Origin: the human T2T-CHM13v2.0 reference genome, Homo sapiens
DNA length: 64,000 bases
Assembly (NCBI RefSeq): GCF_009914755.1
Contig: NC_060937.1
Strand: one strand, 5' to 3'
The stretch's first letter is position 1; the number at the start of each line of letters is the position of its first letter. The position numbers and the translations under genes are program-made. This document shows, in pieces, positions 45,863 through 63,754 of this stretch. The notes beneath the pieces were generated by a model, which had not been told where the DNA came from, made no database searches, and saw only the letters and a list, made by a program, of their open reading frames with translations.

Positions 45863-46354
45863 TCAAGTCCTTTTAAACATAACCTAGATTTCCCATTAGT
45901 ATTTAATTTGTGTTATTTTTTATTCAAGGAATTTGGATAATGAAAGATGAGAAGATTACTTCTGATTGTCTGCTAGGCCAGTCTCAACCATATTAGCAAA
46001 AGATTGCAATATTTTCACTCAAAATATTGCCAGATATATTTTAAACTGGAGTGGTTGCATTTTGTTGTACAAAATGGGGAAGATTTTTAAAGCTTGCTTT
46101 TCAAACAGCTTATACCCTAATCTTAAAAGGATCCCTTGGCACTCAAGGAAAAAGATCTGGATAATTCATAAATTTTTTGGTGTGCTTATGTGCTTATAGT
46201 TGTTAAGTATTTTGTTCAAGTGACCATCTTAAAGTATCAGTAATATAATAAGTTAGTAGCCATAAATACTGATTTGATTCTGAATTGCCTTAACTTAAAT
46301 GTTTTAAAAATTACTTTTAAATAAGTAGGATTGACTGCTAGTCGCTGCAGTCTA

Positions 46355-46530
46355 CTAAACACCTATTTGATATGAGCCATAATATCTTTCATCTTCTCTG
46401 TGCCCCGATTTCCTCATTTGTGAAATGGAATAACACCTTTTGTTAGGATTGTTAAGATATTTAAATTAGATAATTCATCTAGAGTATTGCAAGGTTCTTG
46501 GAACTGAGTAAGCCATAAATACACTTTAGC
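46355..46530 (+). mobile_element. MIR
   Basis: cttctctgtgccccgatttcctcatttgtgaaatggaataac core. Confidence 0.75.
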
Positions 46531-46639
46531 CTGTATCATCATCAAAAATAACAGAAATGACTGTTCTGCAGTGTGTGGTTTTCTTATTTAACATGCTCTT
46601 TTAGTGAGCTTTTCTCTTTAACATCAAGTATTAATATTC

Positions 46640-46800
46640 TGCATATATCCATTTATTGAGCACCTACTGTGTGCCCACCTGTGTGCTAGATCCTAGGTGT
46701 ACGATATTGAGTGGAATCAATATAATCTCTGAGCACATGGGGTAGCCAGATAACAATACAATAAAAATTACAGAATGTGGCAAGCTCGAAGAGAAAAATG
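46640..46800 (-). mobile_element. L2 3' end
   Basis: catttattgagcacctactgtgtgcccacctgtgtgctagatcctagg. Confidence 0.7.
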
Positions 46801-48919
46801 AGTGCGGTGTGGTGATAAAGACAAGCAAGTTCTCTTCTTCTACATAATTCTTTGAAGTTGAAGTGATGCTTATTTGTTACACTGATAATAAAAATGTATA
46901 AGGAAAAAATAACTTGCCCTCTTCTGGCTCCATGTCTGCTCAGGAATCAATAGAAACAGTTTGGCCAACCATTCATACTTTTCTTTGCACTCATACAAAT
47001 GTATGTAAACATACAGCATTTTTGTTGTGGTTTTTACAAAAAAAAAATGGATTCTGTGCATTGCTCTGTAACTTTGTTGGTTTGCCTTGAAAAGTCCTTA
47101 GAAGTGTTATTAGTATGTGATGTTTGCTGCTGGCATTTTACCTACCCAAGACTCAGTCAGCAATAGAAAACTCTCCAAAGATTTTATAGATGAGGCCCTG
47201 TCATTATCACGGTATCCTCTCTGGTCTCCATTTAATTCTGGCCACTCCATCCCATAATTTATTGAACAGAAAAAGATTCTCTAGGGTGTCTTACTACTAC
47301 TACTGTTATTATTATTCCTGACAACCTTTGCTCTATAATAGCATTTCTGATCTTTTTCCCTTGATTTCCTGCCTACTTACCTATTTATTTATTTTGCCTT
47401 TTCCTTTGTCAATCTCCTGCTGTTTCTTGGGCATTGTTTCATTTCCATATTTATAAATTTAACATTTTAAAAGATAGGTGTTTCTAGTTCATAGATTTGC
47501 TGCAATCACCCCCTACTAAAGAACTTCAGGGTTTTTTGTTTTTTTTTTTGTCTGTGCTTTCTATTTTGTTTTCTGCTACCAACAATACTGCAAAACAAGA
47601 TGGGTTTTTATATACCGCTGCTTTCATTTATGAGAAGTGGATTTCCAGAAATAGAATTTCTAGACAAAGTATATGTTTATATTTTATCTTACTACATATG
47701 GCCAGATCAAATTTCAAAAAAAACCTGAAGCATTTTGACATTTAAACAGATATCTTTGGTGCCAGTTTATCAGCCCAGACCTGATATGCAAATTAGTAGA
47801 TCGTGATGTTATTGCCACTTCAGTAAGAAACCATATGTTAATTTACCTCATTATTCTCCATAGGGTACTTTTTCACTTCAGTCCTCTACCAGGGATCCTG
47901 AAAGAGCAGAGTAAATAGAAGAACAGGTCATCCCTTTTCCACATTAAGTAGTCGTTTGTTAAGTGTCGGCTGTTAGCTGAGAGCCTGAGAGTGGCGGCAG
48001 GTACAACCCGCCGAGGTTGGACGATGGCAGCGGGACGTCCAGACAGGAGCCTGTGCAATTAGCCAAGACGGTTACTGTGTTTTTGGCAGTCAGGCAGCAG
48101 TTAAAGCAAAGAAGGGTCTTTTTTTTCCAAGAAGGAAAAGCCATTTAATAAGTTTGGGTCAGTTTGCTCATAACAACACTACATTTGAGGACCAAAAACC
48201 CCAGGAGCTTGGCAAGCCAGCAGTGCTTGGCAAGTCTTCCTACCAGCTCACCAAGTCTGAGGCCATCCTGCAGGGATCTGGCTCTCTGGGCTTTGACTGT
48301 ATTCATTTAACAGCATTCCTAGTTAACAAGAAACTAAAGGCAGAGGAATCCTTTTCCCATTAGTCCAAGAGTAAAATTTAGTGGCTATAAGCAAGCCACC
48401 ATCCAAGTAACTGCACGTCAAATGGGGGACGGACAGTCTGTTTGTATTGAAGGCTCTGCGTTTAGTGTACACAGCTGGGAACTTGTGGCCCACCAAAAAT
48501 GACATTTATATTTAGGAATTGGGTGGTGCTGTCTTTTTGGTGTATGAATTAACATTTGTATATGACTTACTAGTGTGAAAGTCTGATTTTATAATGTGTC
48601 AGAGAGCCATCGTTTACCTGTCTCATGAATAAATAAAATAAAAGCTAAGTACGTTTGTATAAATATTTAAAAATACACTGCCTTCTCATACTTTTCCCAT
48701 TTCACCTATGGAAACCTTGCCAAAATGAAATCAAATTTGAGCGTTTCAATGTAAGGGAAAACCAGCTCATGGATTTTAAAATTAAGAAGTGGATTTTTTT
48801 GTTTGTTTTGTTTATGTTGGCTTTGGGTTTGTTTTTTTTTTTCTCTACCAAGTAAATAGTTTCGATGAAATAAACAGGTCCAATCATCTAATGATGGATT
48901 ATTTGAATGCAGATTGAAA

Positions 48920-49200
48920 TTGAATTGAAAATGTTGAGAATGAGCTTGTTTATGCTTCTCAAAAAGCTGCAGCACCTGCAACTGATAAAAATTAGTGCAA
49001 ACATATCAAAAGTCTTTGAAGAAACATGTGGCCAATCCAGTGCCAACTTGGACAGAATCAGAACACTGGCTGCTTAGAGGAAATATCCCAACATTCAGCT
49101 AATCAACAATGTTAAATGAAATGAAGAATGAAACTTTTTACATGACTCAGTATTGCTTGGAACAATGTTAATGTCAACAAGGTCAGTTCATGGAAGGAGA
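48920..49200 (+). mobile_element. Ancient Tigger/pogo-like transposase relic
   Basis: Frameshifted pieces ENVE..LVY, LQ, IKSL and IAWNNVNVNKVSSWK occur in the order expected for a pogo/Tigger DDE domain (VFLPPN.TS.LQP.D.G.I..FK ... AW..V....I...W.K). Confidence 0.45.
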
Positions 49201-49561
49201 TGCTAGATTTCTTAAGATTTTTACCCCCTCGTATGTTTTCAACAGCTTGCGTGTCTTGATTATACCGAATTCACTCAGTCTTTGAAATAATTTCTCATTA
49301 ATAATTTACAAAGTTATGTGTTTGTTTTCAGGATCCAAATTTGTGAAGGTAGCAGATTCATATCCAGTTATAGGAATCTGTTATTCCTTTTTATTTGAAA
49401 AAGAGTAAAGCTTTCTAAACCCAAGCTCCCATACATATAAGCAGAATCATGGCTTCATGCAACCAGCCACATGTTATTATTTTGTTTGTAACAAACATCT
49501 GTTAGAAACAAGATTTCTAAGTTTTGTATCGGGTTGACCAAATAAACTTATTTCTTTAGTC

Positions 49562-49775
49562 TAGGGTTTCTCAACAGTGGCATTATTGACATTTTGGACT
49601 ATATGATTTTTTGCTGTAGAGAGCTCTTCTGGGCCTTGTAGGATGTTTAGCAGCAGCATCTTTGGCCCACTCAATGCCAGTAGGCTCCTCCCCCAAGGTG
49701 TGACAGTAAAAAACATTTCCAGATCCTGTCAAATGTCTCCTCAGAGGCAAAATCACCCCTAGCTGAGAATTACTG
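49562..49775 (-). mobile_element. MER20 hAT DNA transposon
   Basis: tagggtttctcaacagtggcattattgacattttgg...gtcaaatgtctcctcagaggcaaaatcacccctagctgagaattactg. Confidence 0.88.
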
Positions 49776-49809
49776 CTAGAAACAGCTATATAAATAAAAC
49801 ATGAATGTG

Positions 49810-50830
49810 TTAAACAAGTCTCCCTCTTTCCCCCAGAGAACACTTCTACCACCTAAAGATGATGAATATTAATGATCCCTTATGTTTCCCAGAAAGTTGC
49901 CATGCATATATGAGTATGTACATCTGTTCTGCACAGTCATGGCCATTCAATACTACCCTTATTTTTTCATTTTTAATGTATCTGTGAGATTCTTATCTTG
50001 CAGTGCATGGGGACTTATATTTAAAATTAAATCTTTTTAAACTTACTTAGAGTTCATTACAGGATGAGCCGTAATTTCTTTAACCAGCTTTCAATATACA
50101 TGCAGGCTCTAGTTCTTTGTTTTCCATATATAAGGGTGTGGCATTGTTTTCCAAATAATGCCATACCATTATATTTTTGTGTTGAATATTATGTGATTAG
50201 AGCTATAAGGTATAATTTAGAGTATGTCCCTACAGGTGGAATCACTTGTTCAAACGAAAACTAAATTAAACATATTTATAGACAATGCTATCTCACCAGC
50301 TGGGTATTACAGTGTTGTTTCCCCAGTTTACCAAACTTTTATATTTTTACCCATCTGATAAGAAAAACAGTTATATCCATTTGTGTACATGTTTAATAAA
50401 AATGAGATTTCCTGTGTTTCTAAGCCTTTTCTTCCCCCTGTGATCACACTCCATATACTCTTTGCCCATTTTTCTAGCAGCTTGTAGGGTTCTTTCTGTC
50501 TGATTTGTAAGAACTTTTTATATATTGAAGAAATTGGGCCTTTGTTTTCATAGATATTCCAAATATGTGTGTACTATTCATTTAATATCAGTTTTCTTTC
50601 AACTTTGTTAATATTTGTATTTATAGAAATTAGTTTCAAATTTGTCCCTCATTTCTAAGTTTAATGTCTTACAGGAGTCCTGTTTCACATAGAGCAAAAT
50701 AATGGTTTTCATGTTTTCTTCCAATGCTTTCAGAGTTTTGTTTTTTGTGCTTAAATATTCAAGGCATCTGAAATTCATTTGAGTATATAGAGACTGAAAT
50801 ACTACATATTCTTTTCCAAATACTATGGTA
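49810..50830 (-). mobile_element. Very old L1M fragment
   Basis: tttacccatctgataagaaaaac...ctttgcccatttttctagc...catctgaaattcatttgagtat, antisense L1 character. Confidence 0.6.
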
Positions 50831-51034
50831 ATTTATCATGTGATAAGGGACATTTCAAACAAGTGGGATAAAGATGACTTATTAAACAAATGCTGTTGAC
50901 ATAATTGCTGATATTTAGGTGCAAAATAATAAAGCTGGGTCCGTACTTGGTGCCTGCAAGGAACCAACAGAAGGCCACTGTAGCTGACTGGAGGAGATGC
51001 AGTGTTGTCAGAAAGATAGGTGGGGGCCTGATTG

Positions 51035-51309
51035 TGTTGGGCTTTGTAAATCCAAGCTAAGAATTTGATCTTTTTTGAATAGAGTGTCTTTTTCATGTTC
51101 ATTTGGCATGTTTCTCTTATATGTAGCATATATTTTGGATTTTATTTTTTTATCCATCTGAACTTTTATTGTATGTTGGGCTTTGTAAATCCAAGCTAAG
51201 AAACTGATCTTCTTTGAATAGTGTCTTTTTCATGTTCATTTGACATGTTTATCTTATATGTAGCATATATTTTGGATTTTATCTTTTTACCCACCTGAGC
51301 TTTTATTTT
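51035..51309. repeat. Two-copy tandem duplication, period 139 bp, about 92% identical
   Basis: tgttgggctttgtaaatccaagctaagaa... starts at 51035 and 51174; 9 substitutions and a 2-bp indel by eye. Confidence 0.95.
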
Positions 51310-51793
51310 TTATTATTAATATAAGACACGTGTTTAATATTACTTCTGTCATCACATTTTATGTTACTTTTCAGCTTTTGATGTTTCCTTGGTTTCTATC
51401 TTTTACTAAAATTCCTATCACACTTTATTTCCCTAAGGACTTGTAAACATCTTTTACTCTCTTTTGGTATTGTGTACTGCTAGAGAGAAGTAGGAAGACT
51501 TCTTGATTTTTTTCTCTTTGTTACTTTTTCTGTCTGAATATACTGAAGAATTGATCCTATAAAATCTTAAAACTCATTAATTTCTATAGCAGGACATGTG
51601 TGGGTATTGATCTTTCTGTGTCTGTTGCTTGTTTTGTTTCCTAGGATGAAGGATCCCCTCTCTACTGGCTGATTAGGGTATTTCAGAAAATTTTCTTCTG
51701 TTATATCTTTGAACATTTTTTTAACTTCTATTTTCCTCTTTTTTTAAAATACATCTTTTTGGGAATTTTTTGCTTATCTTTAAAGTCTTCTGA

Positions 51794-52153
<360 letters not shown>

Positions 52154-53027
52154 AGCAGTGTCAATTCTGGCTTTCATTTCTCTTTAGGGTAGCTTCAGTT
52201 TGTAACAATGACCTCTTCCTATTTGTCTCTTTCTTTGCTATATTAGACATCTTATTGTAACTTTCGTTGCAAAGAAAATTCACTTTTTCATTAGCTCTCT
52301 TAGTCTCACCAAGAATGTTTGAGATTTTCTTCGGCCGTGTGGCTTGTTCTCCTGGAAAGATTATTTCATGTGCGTTTGTCATATCCTCTTATTTTTTTCT
52401 ATAATATTTTTGGAAGATGTCTAGGGGAAAGGGGATTCCAAGTTGTCTTGGAGCACTTCCTGCTCTGGTCTCCTATCACTTTGCAATCATAAGCACCTCC
52501 CTTGCTGTTGTTTCTTTCCCTTAGGAGAGGAGGCCTGTATGCCCTAGAGGAAATTTCTGTGTGTTATAGGTTTCTCTTGGATGATTCTGCATTTTTTTTC
52601 TTTTCAGTTCACCTTGAAACTTACTTGATCAGTGTCTGCCAAGTTGATTGTCATTTATATTTTCTATACTGCCCTGCTGTCTTCCCTGATTGATTCCTGA
52701 AAAAAAGGAGGGAAAAAGCATATTGCCCTTCAGCTTTAATTTGCCTGCTGTGTTGAATCCATCCAGGATTCAACCTCTGCCTCTGCTTGCCCTGACCTCT
52801 ATATTTTATCTATTTTATCCTCTAAATTAGAGTTGGTTTGGCTATTTCTTGCGTTGTTTCACCTATTTCTTTGAAAACTTTTTTTACTTGGTTTAATCTG
52901 TAGATTCGGTCTGCTGTGGGCATTCTCTCTTGATTTGGTCTAATCTGATCATATTTGTTTGCATCTATTGTATATCATTTGTAGTTTTAATTAAAGCTAC
53001 TCATAGTTTCATTGTGTATGTGTTTGC

Positions 53028-53340
53028 TTTTTTTTTTTTTTTTTTTTTTTTTTTTTGAGACAGGGTCTCACTCCATAGCCCAGGTTGGAGTGCAATGGCA
53101 TGGTCAGAGCTCACTGCTGCTGCCCACCTTTTAGGCTCAAGGAATCCTCCTGCCTTAGCCTCCCGAGTAGCTGGGACTACAGAGGTGTGCATCACCACAC
53201 CCAGCTAACTTTTTATTTTTTGTAGAGATGGGGTCTCACTATGTTGCCCAGGCTGGTCATGAACTCCTGGGCTCAAGCAGTTCTCTCCCCCAGGCCTCCC
53301 AAAGTGCTGGGATTACAGGCATAAGTCACTATGCCCAGGC
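53028..53340 (-). mobile_element. AluJ
   Basis: Antisense Alu with long T-tail. Confidence 0.88.
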
Positions 53341-53827
53341 TCTTTTCTATTTTTATTTGTTTTTTCTATTTTTAGTTGATAACAAGACAACATGTTAACT
53401 GGATTTTGCAATAAAATAAAATACCCACTAGATATCTTTTTGGTCAATTGTTTGAATAGGAGAACTCAGAATTATGGCACAGTCTTGGGAAAATTAACTT
53501 AAAACCCTTGAAACAGTTTACTAATGTGTTTGAATCTGATGTGGATCCAGGCTCTCATTGCACTAAAAGTGTGGTTGAAGTATTGACTGCCAAGACCTCC
53601 AGTGGTAGGGAGAGAGTGGGGTTGAAATTGTGGTTTTAGGGATGGCTATTATTTGAATAAATGTTGTAGGAATTTTCCAAGCACAGAACACAGCATGAAT
53701 CTCTGGTTCTTAGTTCTTCACCAATATTTCTTCACCGAGAATAGCCAGACCTCTTGGAAGGGTAGTTGAAATTGAGTGACTAGGAGAGAGAGCATCAGAT
53801 CCTACAAAGAATGGTGATGACAGAGGA

Positions 53828-54130
53828 TGGAGGGAATTGGGGTGATGGTCAAAGGGTACAAAGTCTCGGACAGGAGGAATAAGTTGTTTGGGGTTTTTTG
53901 AGATCCATTGTGCAGTGTGGTGAATATAATTAATAGTGCATTGTACATTTCAAAGTTGCTAAGAGTAAATTTCAAATATTCTCACACCCTCAAAATAAGT
54001 ATTTGAGGTGATAGATATGTTAGTTAGAATGACTTAATTATTCTACACTGAACTTGGAAACTTTAATATCACTTTGTACCCCATAAATACATACAGTTAT
54101 AAAGGGTCAATTTACAATAAAATAAAAAGT
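53828..54130 (+). mobile_element. L1MA (about MA4-8) 3' end
   Basis: ggtcaaagggtacaaagt...gacaggaggaataagtt...ctttgtaccccataaatacatacagttat...caataaaataaaaa. Confidence 0.85.
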
Positions 54131-54619
54131 TTTAAAGGAAAAAGAAATTAAGAGTGAATAGAAGTGTGGAAGGATTTTTGAAAGTCAGCAAGTTTATCTT
54201 GGATTTAGGAGGGAGCCCTAGTAGTTTTTTGAACAGGGTAATGACAAGGTGAAAGCTGTATTTAAGGAAAACTTCATCTAGCACTTGATTTGGCATTTAA
54301 TTTGATCTCACGGGGACTTGGTGAGTACCTGTTTGTGCCAAGTATCATACTGGATACAGTAGTGCACAGAGCAGCATGGGGAAGAATTCCTGCTTCAAGA
54401 AACGCAGTCTGGTGGAGTCAAGAAACTGATTTTGAAAAATCTGCCTCAGTAAAATTTCAGTACCAGAGTTGACCTCAACTCTGGTTGTCATGGTGTCTGT
54501 TCTATGTTGCCAGTTAGGTTCTACCACAGCAGCGGTCTCTGTCTGTGATGATGTGACACAGATAACGTTGATTCTATGATTTGTATGGGACACTCTAAAG
54601 TCTGCCCTCAATCAGACTC

Positions 54620-54943
54620 TCATATCTCATATAAATGTAGCTGAATATTCAGCAGCAACTTTTTGAATTCCATATTTTCATGTTTGCTTCCTTCTAAGTC
54701 AGGTTTCTGTCCTCCCGGTGGCTCGGCCCTCTTCTACCCCAGTCCTGCTGCCTCCGTGTATTCAGATTACATCTGGATGATCACATCTCATATAAATGTA
54801 GCTGAATATTCAGCAGCAACTTTTTGAATTCCATATTTTCATGTTTGCTTCCTTCTAAGTCAGGTTTCTGTCCTCCCGGTGGCTCGGCCCTCTTCTACCC
54901 CAGTCCTGCTGCCTCCGTGTATTCAGATTACATCTGGATGATC
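54620..54943. repeat. Two-copy tandem duplication, period 161 bp, one mismatch
   Basis: 54620-54782 equals 54781-54943 except T54623 vs C54784. Confidence 0.97.
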
Positions 54944-54965
54944 TTTCCTTTTCTGACAGTGTTTT

Positions 54966-55351
<386 letters not shown>

Positions 55352-55972
55352 TAGTTGTTTTTATATCAGTCTTGCCTAATCGGTTAGAATCATAGACTAC
55401 TTGAAGGCATGAATAACAGCCCACATTTTATCTATTTATTTATACATCTCTCATTACTTCAAAAAATGATTTGAACATGTTTCTTTTATATGATTGTGTT
55501 TTGACCTTGGTCAAGGTGGTAGACATCTGATTAAGGAGGGTCAATAATTTATGAACTCAGAACACACAGAACAGAGGACTTTTTGTTGTTGTTTTTAATT
55601 TATGATTTATATCTCTTTGAAAGTCCGGCAAAGACACATCGTATTTCTCAAATCAACTTTAGAGAAAAACAAGAATGTGAAGCTGAGACTCCTCCAGTCA
55701 ATGAGAAAGTTTTGATACCAAACCTATTAAATGCAAATTAAATCTATTTTTCTATGAACATGTGCATATTATCTCTGAAAGTAGATGTATGCCTTAAATA
55801 TAAATTTTCCTTACAATATGGATTTCTGTGATATCGGGAATCTATGTTTTATAAAGGAACAACTGCTGCAGTCCCTGTGGCTCATGATTCCTTAGCAGCT
55901 GTGTCCAGCTGGTGGTCCACATTCCCGCTACTTCTTCAGTGAATGGAAACATTTAGGTCAATATTGATATAA

Positions 55973-56113
<141 letters not shown>

Positions 56114-57548
56114 TAGAACTTCAGTGACATTCCTTCACTGTTTATGTCTGGGAAGTGTATCTGAGTCAATCATCTGTATACTTAGCAGGCAGCACAAATA
56201 CATCTTTGGGCCCTTTGTTGCTGTGAAACATCCTGCAGAAGCCCAAACTCTCCACACATGGTTTCAATCATAGCAGATCATTCCTGAATAACCCCTTGAA
56301 ATTATTAACCCATATATCTTGATAATAGACCCTTGTTACCCCCTTACTACATGCCTGTGCAACACTTTCGTGTTTTTAGCTCAAGTACAAATTTCTGAAC
56401 TACACCTAAACTCATTCCGCTTCATTATTTTTGTTCTGAATTCTTAAACATAGATACAAATATACAGTGTGTGATCTGGTGTCCGTTCTGTCCTTCCTGA
56501 AAGGGTATCTGTCCTTGTGGAAGAACATTTTCTTCTGCAGTTAGAGCTAAAATAATGAATTCTGACTTCCAGCTACTGTGGAGGATGGTAATCAGCTCAT
56601 CTGGTATTTTTTATGATTTTCAAGTTCCTTTTTTATTACTTTTTATAACTATGATGAATTCAGAAGCTAGAAATAAATATAAACTGTAGCTAAAATGGCT
56701 CAGTAGCTGCTTAGCTTTCTTGCTTTTTGTTTCACTGGCAGGAAGAACTAAGGGGCATGTAGAGCACTCTAGAGACCCTAGAATGGCCCATTTTTTGAGT
56801 TGTTCTCTCACTTGCCTTCAATCCTAACTCTGCTCCGTGGGAATTTACATTCTGAAGCAGCCATCATAAATAAATGTAGATGGAAGTTACCAGACATACA
56901 ATAATAAAACCTATGGTGCTATAAATCCACTGGTGGCTAGATATTTAAGTCTTCCATGCTTTCACCCCCCTTTATTGAATAACCTCAGTGCTGGGTGCTG
57001 ATGTAAAATGCTGAATGCAGTAGTTTGCCCTGGCCCTGTGTAGCTTGCAGGTTAAGAGGGTCAAATGTGTGGATTCAGACACCTCCAAGGAGGACTGGGT
57101 CCAGATCTTGAGTTGAAATTGTGTTGGTGAGTCAGTAACTGTGTTAACTTGCTGCAAAGTCACTAGCACATTTCCTCCTGATACTGATGCCCTAAAAGAC
57201 AAAGATTAGGAGTGGTAAGAACAGGACAGAATTGATGTCCATTCCCTCCTGTGCTAAAAAAGCTACTCTGACTACCTACCCATGGATGGGGGCTCCAGGG
57301 CCTCCCCTTTGTGTACTAAGGGGAGATCACAGATTGCTAACTCTGTACCTCCTGAAACTATTTTAAGTAGGTTAAAGCTATGCAACCATTTCGGGGAAAT
57401 ATGCAGAATGCTCCACGATTATTCAGTGCTTGAAAGGGTCAGGTATCAATGGAGCTGACACTTCACACAAACACATGCCACATCCCTATTTTAGAAACAA
57501 AATGCTGAGACCTAGGAGAGATTTTGTTGTAGAGCCAAGGACAGGTGT

Positions 57549-57550
<2 letters not shown>

Positions 57551-57595
<45 letters not shown>
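57551..57595. repeat. (TA)22 perfect microsatellite
   Basis: Direct reading. Confidence 0.97.
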
Positions 57596-57598
<3 letters not shown>

Positions 57599-57754
57599 CT
57601 GCTTATAGTATGAGTGGATTTTAGCTTGATTTCTATGCTCAGGGCATGAGGGCTGGATTCTTTTCTTAGCTCCATGCAGTCTTGGCCAATTCAAATTAAT
57701 CCAACAGATTTTATTGAGTGCCTACTACAGATAAGATGCTGACAGGCTAGAGGG

Positions 57755-58175
<421 letters not shown>

Positions 58176-58484
58176 AAACTTTTCTAGTTATTGTTATGCA
58201 TGACCCTAGGGTTGAGATTATATTTTATGCAGTTTTTCTGTCCCCTAAACTATACAGAGAGTACACTGTGATAGAAAAGTGTATTTCAAGGTGAAAGGGT
58301 CTAGGTTACCACTGAGTCCACAGTGCAGGCATTGAAGTGGGCTGCCAGTGAGTGCTGGCAGTTGGGATGGAATGGTCAAGGATCTGCCAGGTGAACTCCA
58401 ATGTGCCACTGGGCTCTGGACTTGCTCATACTGGAGGGGCCAAACCTTCTGGGAACATGGAGATTTGCCCCCATGAAAATTGTT

Positions 58485-58900
58485 TTGGTGACATTTGTAT
58501 AAAATAAATAGAAATATAGAGAAAAGTTACAAAAAAGGTACAAAGAACTACTATTTACCCTTCACCCAGATTGAACAGTAATTAGCATTTCCACCAATTG
58601 CATTCTCTTTCTCCATACTTGTACGCATGCACACATGCCTACACTCATGCACACACTAGTGAATGCATTTATTTCTGACCCAGTGGGGTATTACAAACAT
58701 CATGTCGCTTTCCTGCTTAACACTTTAGTCAATAGTAGCAAGAGCTTCCTCTTATACAACCGAAGTATAATGATCAAATCTGAAACATTTAACATGGATT
58801 TAATACTATTATCTAATTCATCTTAATCCATATTCCAGTTTTGCTATTCTTGCTCCAATAATGCCCTATTTAGCAACTTTTCCAGTCCAGGATCATTCTA
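58485..58900 (-). mobile_element. L1MC/ME-like 3' end
   Basis: gaaaagttacaaaaaaggtacaaagaactactatttacccttcacccagatt...aaatctgaaacatttaacatggatttaatactattatctaat. Confidence 0.7.
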
Positions 58901-59057
58901 GAGACTGCCTGCAAGAGAACATTTGTGATGTGGAAGGCATTTGCTAGTGATCCTCCTCTTCTGGGCTGGGTTCTCCGCTGTCATTTTCTTCATGCAGTAT
59001 TTCTCTCCTGCTTTTTCTTCTAAATGTACTCTTTGTTTGATTCCGCAAGTCAGCTAA

Positions 59058-60113
<1,056 letters not shown>

Positions 60114-60279
60114 CATTTTGTTCTGTGGGTAGAATGAGACTAAAAATACCACGAAGGACCAATGCTGCTAGGATCAAATGGATTTCAGCTAAATTTTATG
60201 TCTTTTATAATGCAGAGAACACTCTAGTATTATTTGACCACTTGCAGAAAATGAATCCTGTTGTCAAGCCAGCATCGTT

Positions 60280-62821
<2,542 letters not shown>

Positions 62822-62859
62822 AGTGTCAACGTTTTATGAAACAAATTATGATCCCTAAC

Positions 62860-62881
62860 GTGTGTGTGTGTGTGTGTGTGT
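62860..62881. repeat. (GT)11
   Basis: Direct reading. Confidence 0.95.
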
Positions 62882-63754
62882 AGTATGGTATAGGCAGAGT
62901 GGAAAATATGTAGGCATGCTGGGCTTCATTATAGCATGGTGATGAAGGGCAGGGGAGAATCTGAAGATGGGTAGAAGGAGAAGCTCAAGTTTAAAAAAAG
63001 AAAAAGACTGCCACGTAAACAGCAGGCATGACATCACATGTACACATGGATGCAGAGCAATGGAGGTGAGAGTATGTACTAAGAAAGTGTGCATGGCTCC
63101 TGGCTTCTGGTAGAAGCTCTGTCCAGCTATAAAGCAAACAATTTTTGTTGTTGTGAGGAAAGTGAGTGCAACAAGTCCCCTGTGGATTTCTCCTTGAAGT
63201 CTTTGTAGCACATTGAAATCCCAGGGCTGCTTTCCATTCTGCTGTGGACTGAAGGAAGAGTGTGAGAGTTTTACTGACTCTACTCACCACACATCTGATT
63301 GCCTGCTCCCAATAGACTTGGGAACAGCTTCCTCTGGCCATATACTCCATCTCCAAATAGCTAGTGTGAGTTCAGAATTCTCGTACAGACACACGTCCAA
63401 TTCCCACAGGCCTGAGAGCTTGCTGGGTTTGTGGGTGGGGATTTGAGGGACGCTCAGCAGCAAGTGACCCAGGCTGTGTGAACCATTCCCAGAACCAAGC
63501 AGGAGAAGGACCCTCAGGGCCAACATGTCCTGAGTTAAAATGACATGTTTCTTCCAAGCACCTTCTTCAGCTCCTGCTTGATTTTTCTAATATACAAATG
63601 TGAGTACAGGTGAAAGTCACAAGTCTTGCAAGGCACCATCTGCCCAAGAACTCATTGTCACTGGAGATTGTTTGGTCTGGTCTCCTTCCTATCCTTGCCT
63701 TACACCGCACCCTCAGCCAGCCACCATCCTGTGTATCTTAGAAAGTTCCTCGTC

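Noticed and set aside
54660-54682. U6 snRNA pseudogene (ttccatatttt resembles the U6 3' end)
   Set aside because: The match is limited to about 11 nt; upstream sequence is unrelated. I recognised no tRNA, snRNA or Y RNA anywhere in the window.
55905-55920. CTCF-like motif CCAGCTGGTGGTCC upstream of the exon
   Set aside because: Mismatches at two core positions; not supportable from sequence alone.
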